Assembly: GCF_018977255.1 (NCBI RefSeq)
Contig: NW_024704742.1
Span: forward strand, 64,110,001 to 64,174,000
Direction: 5' to 3'
DNA: 64,000 nucleotides
From: Callorhinchus milii
Taxonomy: Eukaryota
Each line of letters begins with the position of its first letter. Positions within the stretch are counted from its first letter, which is position 1. Made by a program: the position numbers and the translations under genes. Shown here one piece after another: positions 62,856-64,000 of the stretch. Below the pieces are notes generated by a model. It was not told the origin of the DNA. It searched no databases and was given only the letters and a program-made list of their open reading frames with translations.

Positions 62856-64000
62856 TTAATTACCCTTTGAGTAAAGAAATACTTATTGGTATGTGTCTTG
62901 AAATTGCCCTTTGCAACTCTAAACCTGTATCCTCTTGTTTTACTGTCACAGTGAATATGAAAGTACCGTTCTGGGTAATTATTTTTTCAGTGCCATTTAA
63001 AATTTTATATACCTCTATAAGGTTCCCTCTGATGAAGAATCCAAGCTTGTCTAATCATTGCATGTAACTTGTTTCTTTTCCAATGACGATCATCCTCATT
63101 GCTCTCCTTTGCACTGCCTCTAGGATCTGTGCAGTCCCTTAAAACACTATTACCCAGAATTGAAGATTGTGTGATAATTATTACATCACAACCCACATTT
63201 CCCCCCATTTTTAGCATTTAGTTTGTAAGCTCTCCAGATCTTCAGTACATCAGTAGCATCGCTCACATTCCTTCACTTCTTCAGTCTGAATATTACCAGC
63301 ATTCTTTCATGCATACAGTTATAATAATAATAATCCTTGCATTTGATATAGCACCTTATTACATCATCAAGACATCTCAAAGTGCTTCACAGAATATACC
63401 GTAAAGTAAATTTACTGTAAAGTGAATTAACTGTATATTTTGTGGAGTATATTTTTGTGGACGAAACACGGAAACCTATTGCAAACAGCAGTGTGCACAA
63501 ACAGTCGTGGATTGAAAACAAACTACTGGTTGCTCAATCCATAGTTTACAGTTGCAAATCTGTGCCAGCCAAAAGTAGAGATTGTTTCATTACATCTTTC
63601 CCTCTTTGCTTTATGTGAAAGGATTGATTTCCTCGCCCATGATCCAATAGCTGCTATGTTGGCAGCATGATAGGAATATATATTTACCTCAATCTCTCGT
63701 TGTGGTCCCTTCAGACTCATCAATAACCATTAGATGTATCAGCCATGAGAGCTCTCTCAGTACTTGGCAGGCTCACGGGTAAACATACACCGGCAGGTTG
63801 CATATTGAACAAGTGAAAGCTTTTGTGAAAACATTGCATGGATTAATAATCTGAAGAATCTGTTATTGTTGAAATGTCTTGTTCAAATATCAAAGCATTC
63901 AGTGAACTATTTACCTGGAACAATTTAGGAGCATGCAAGGACACATAAGTTATGTGAGATTTGCTTAGCAATCTGAGGACATTCCAAAGCGTTTCACAGT

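Overview
Vertebrate genomic DNA, most likely a cartilaginous fish and probably a chimaera/elephant-shark relative. This is inferred from the repeat content: Deu-domain tRNA SINEs, L2 and CR1 LINEs. Only one protein-coding gene is supportable: an uninterrupted 445-aa alpha-2 adrenergic receptor ORF, best matching ADRA2C, on the minus strand at 38494-39831. It lies in a CpG-rich island, with a CCAAT/GC-box promoter near 41400-41500. The gene is bracketed by two minisatellites: a G-rich (sense-strand) 15-bp array between promoter and ATG, and an 11-unit array at the start of the predicted 3' UTR. The rest is gene-poor DNA packed with nested transposon fragments: two related tRNA-SINE families sharing an L2-type 3' tail, L2 and CR1 fragments, a pogo/Tigger-like MITE, two Helitron-like non-autonomous copies and at least two unclassified dispersed repeats. 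Nearly all other ORFs in the track are repeat or antisense artefacts. I found no clearly new biological system. The best leads are the repeat-built regulatory architecture around adra2c and the SINE/L2 tail-sharing history. Repeat boundaries were read by eye and are approximate unless a TSD is given.
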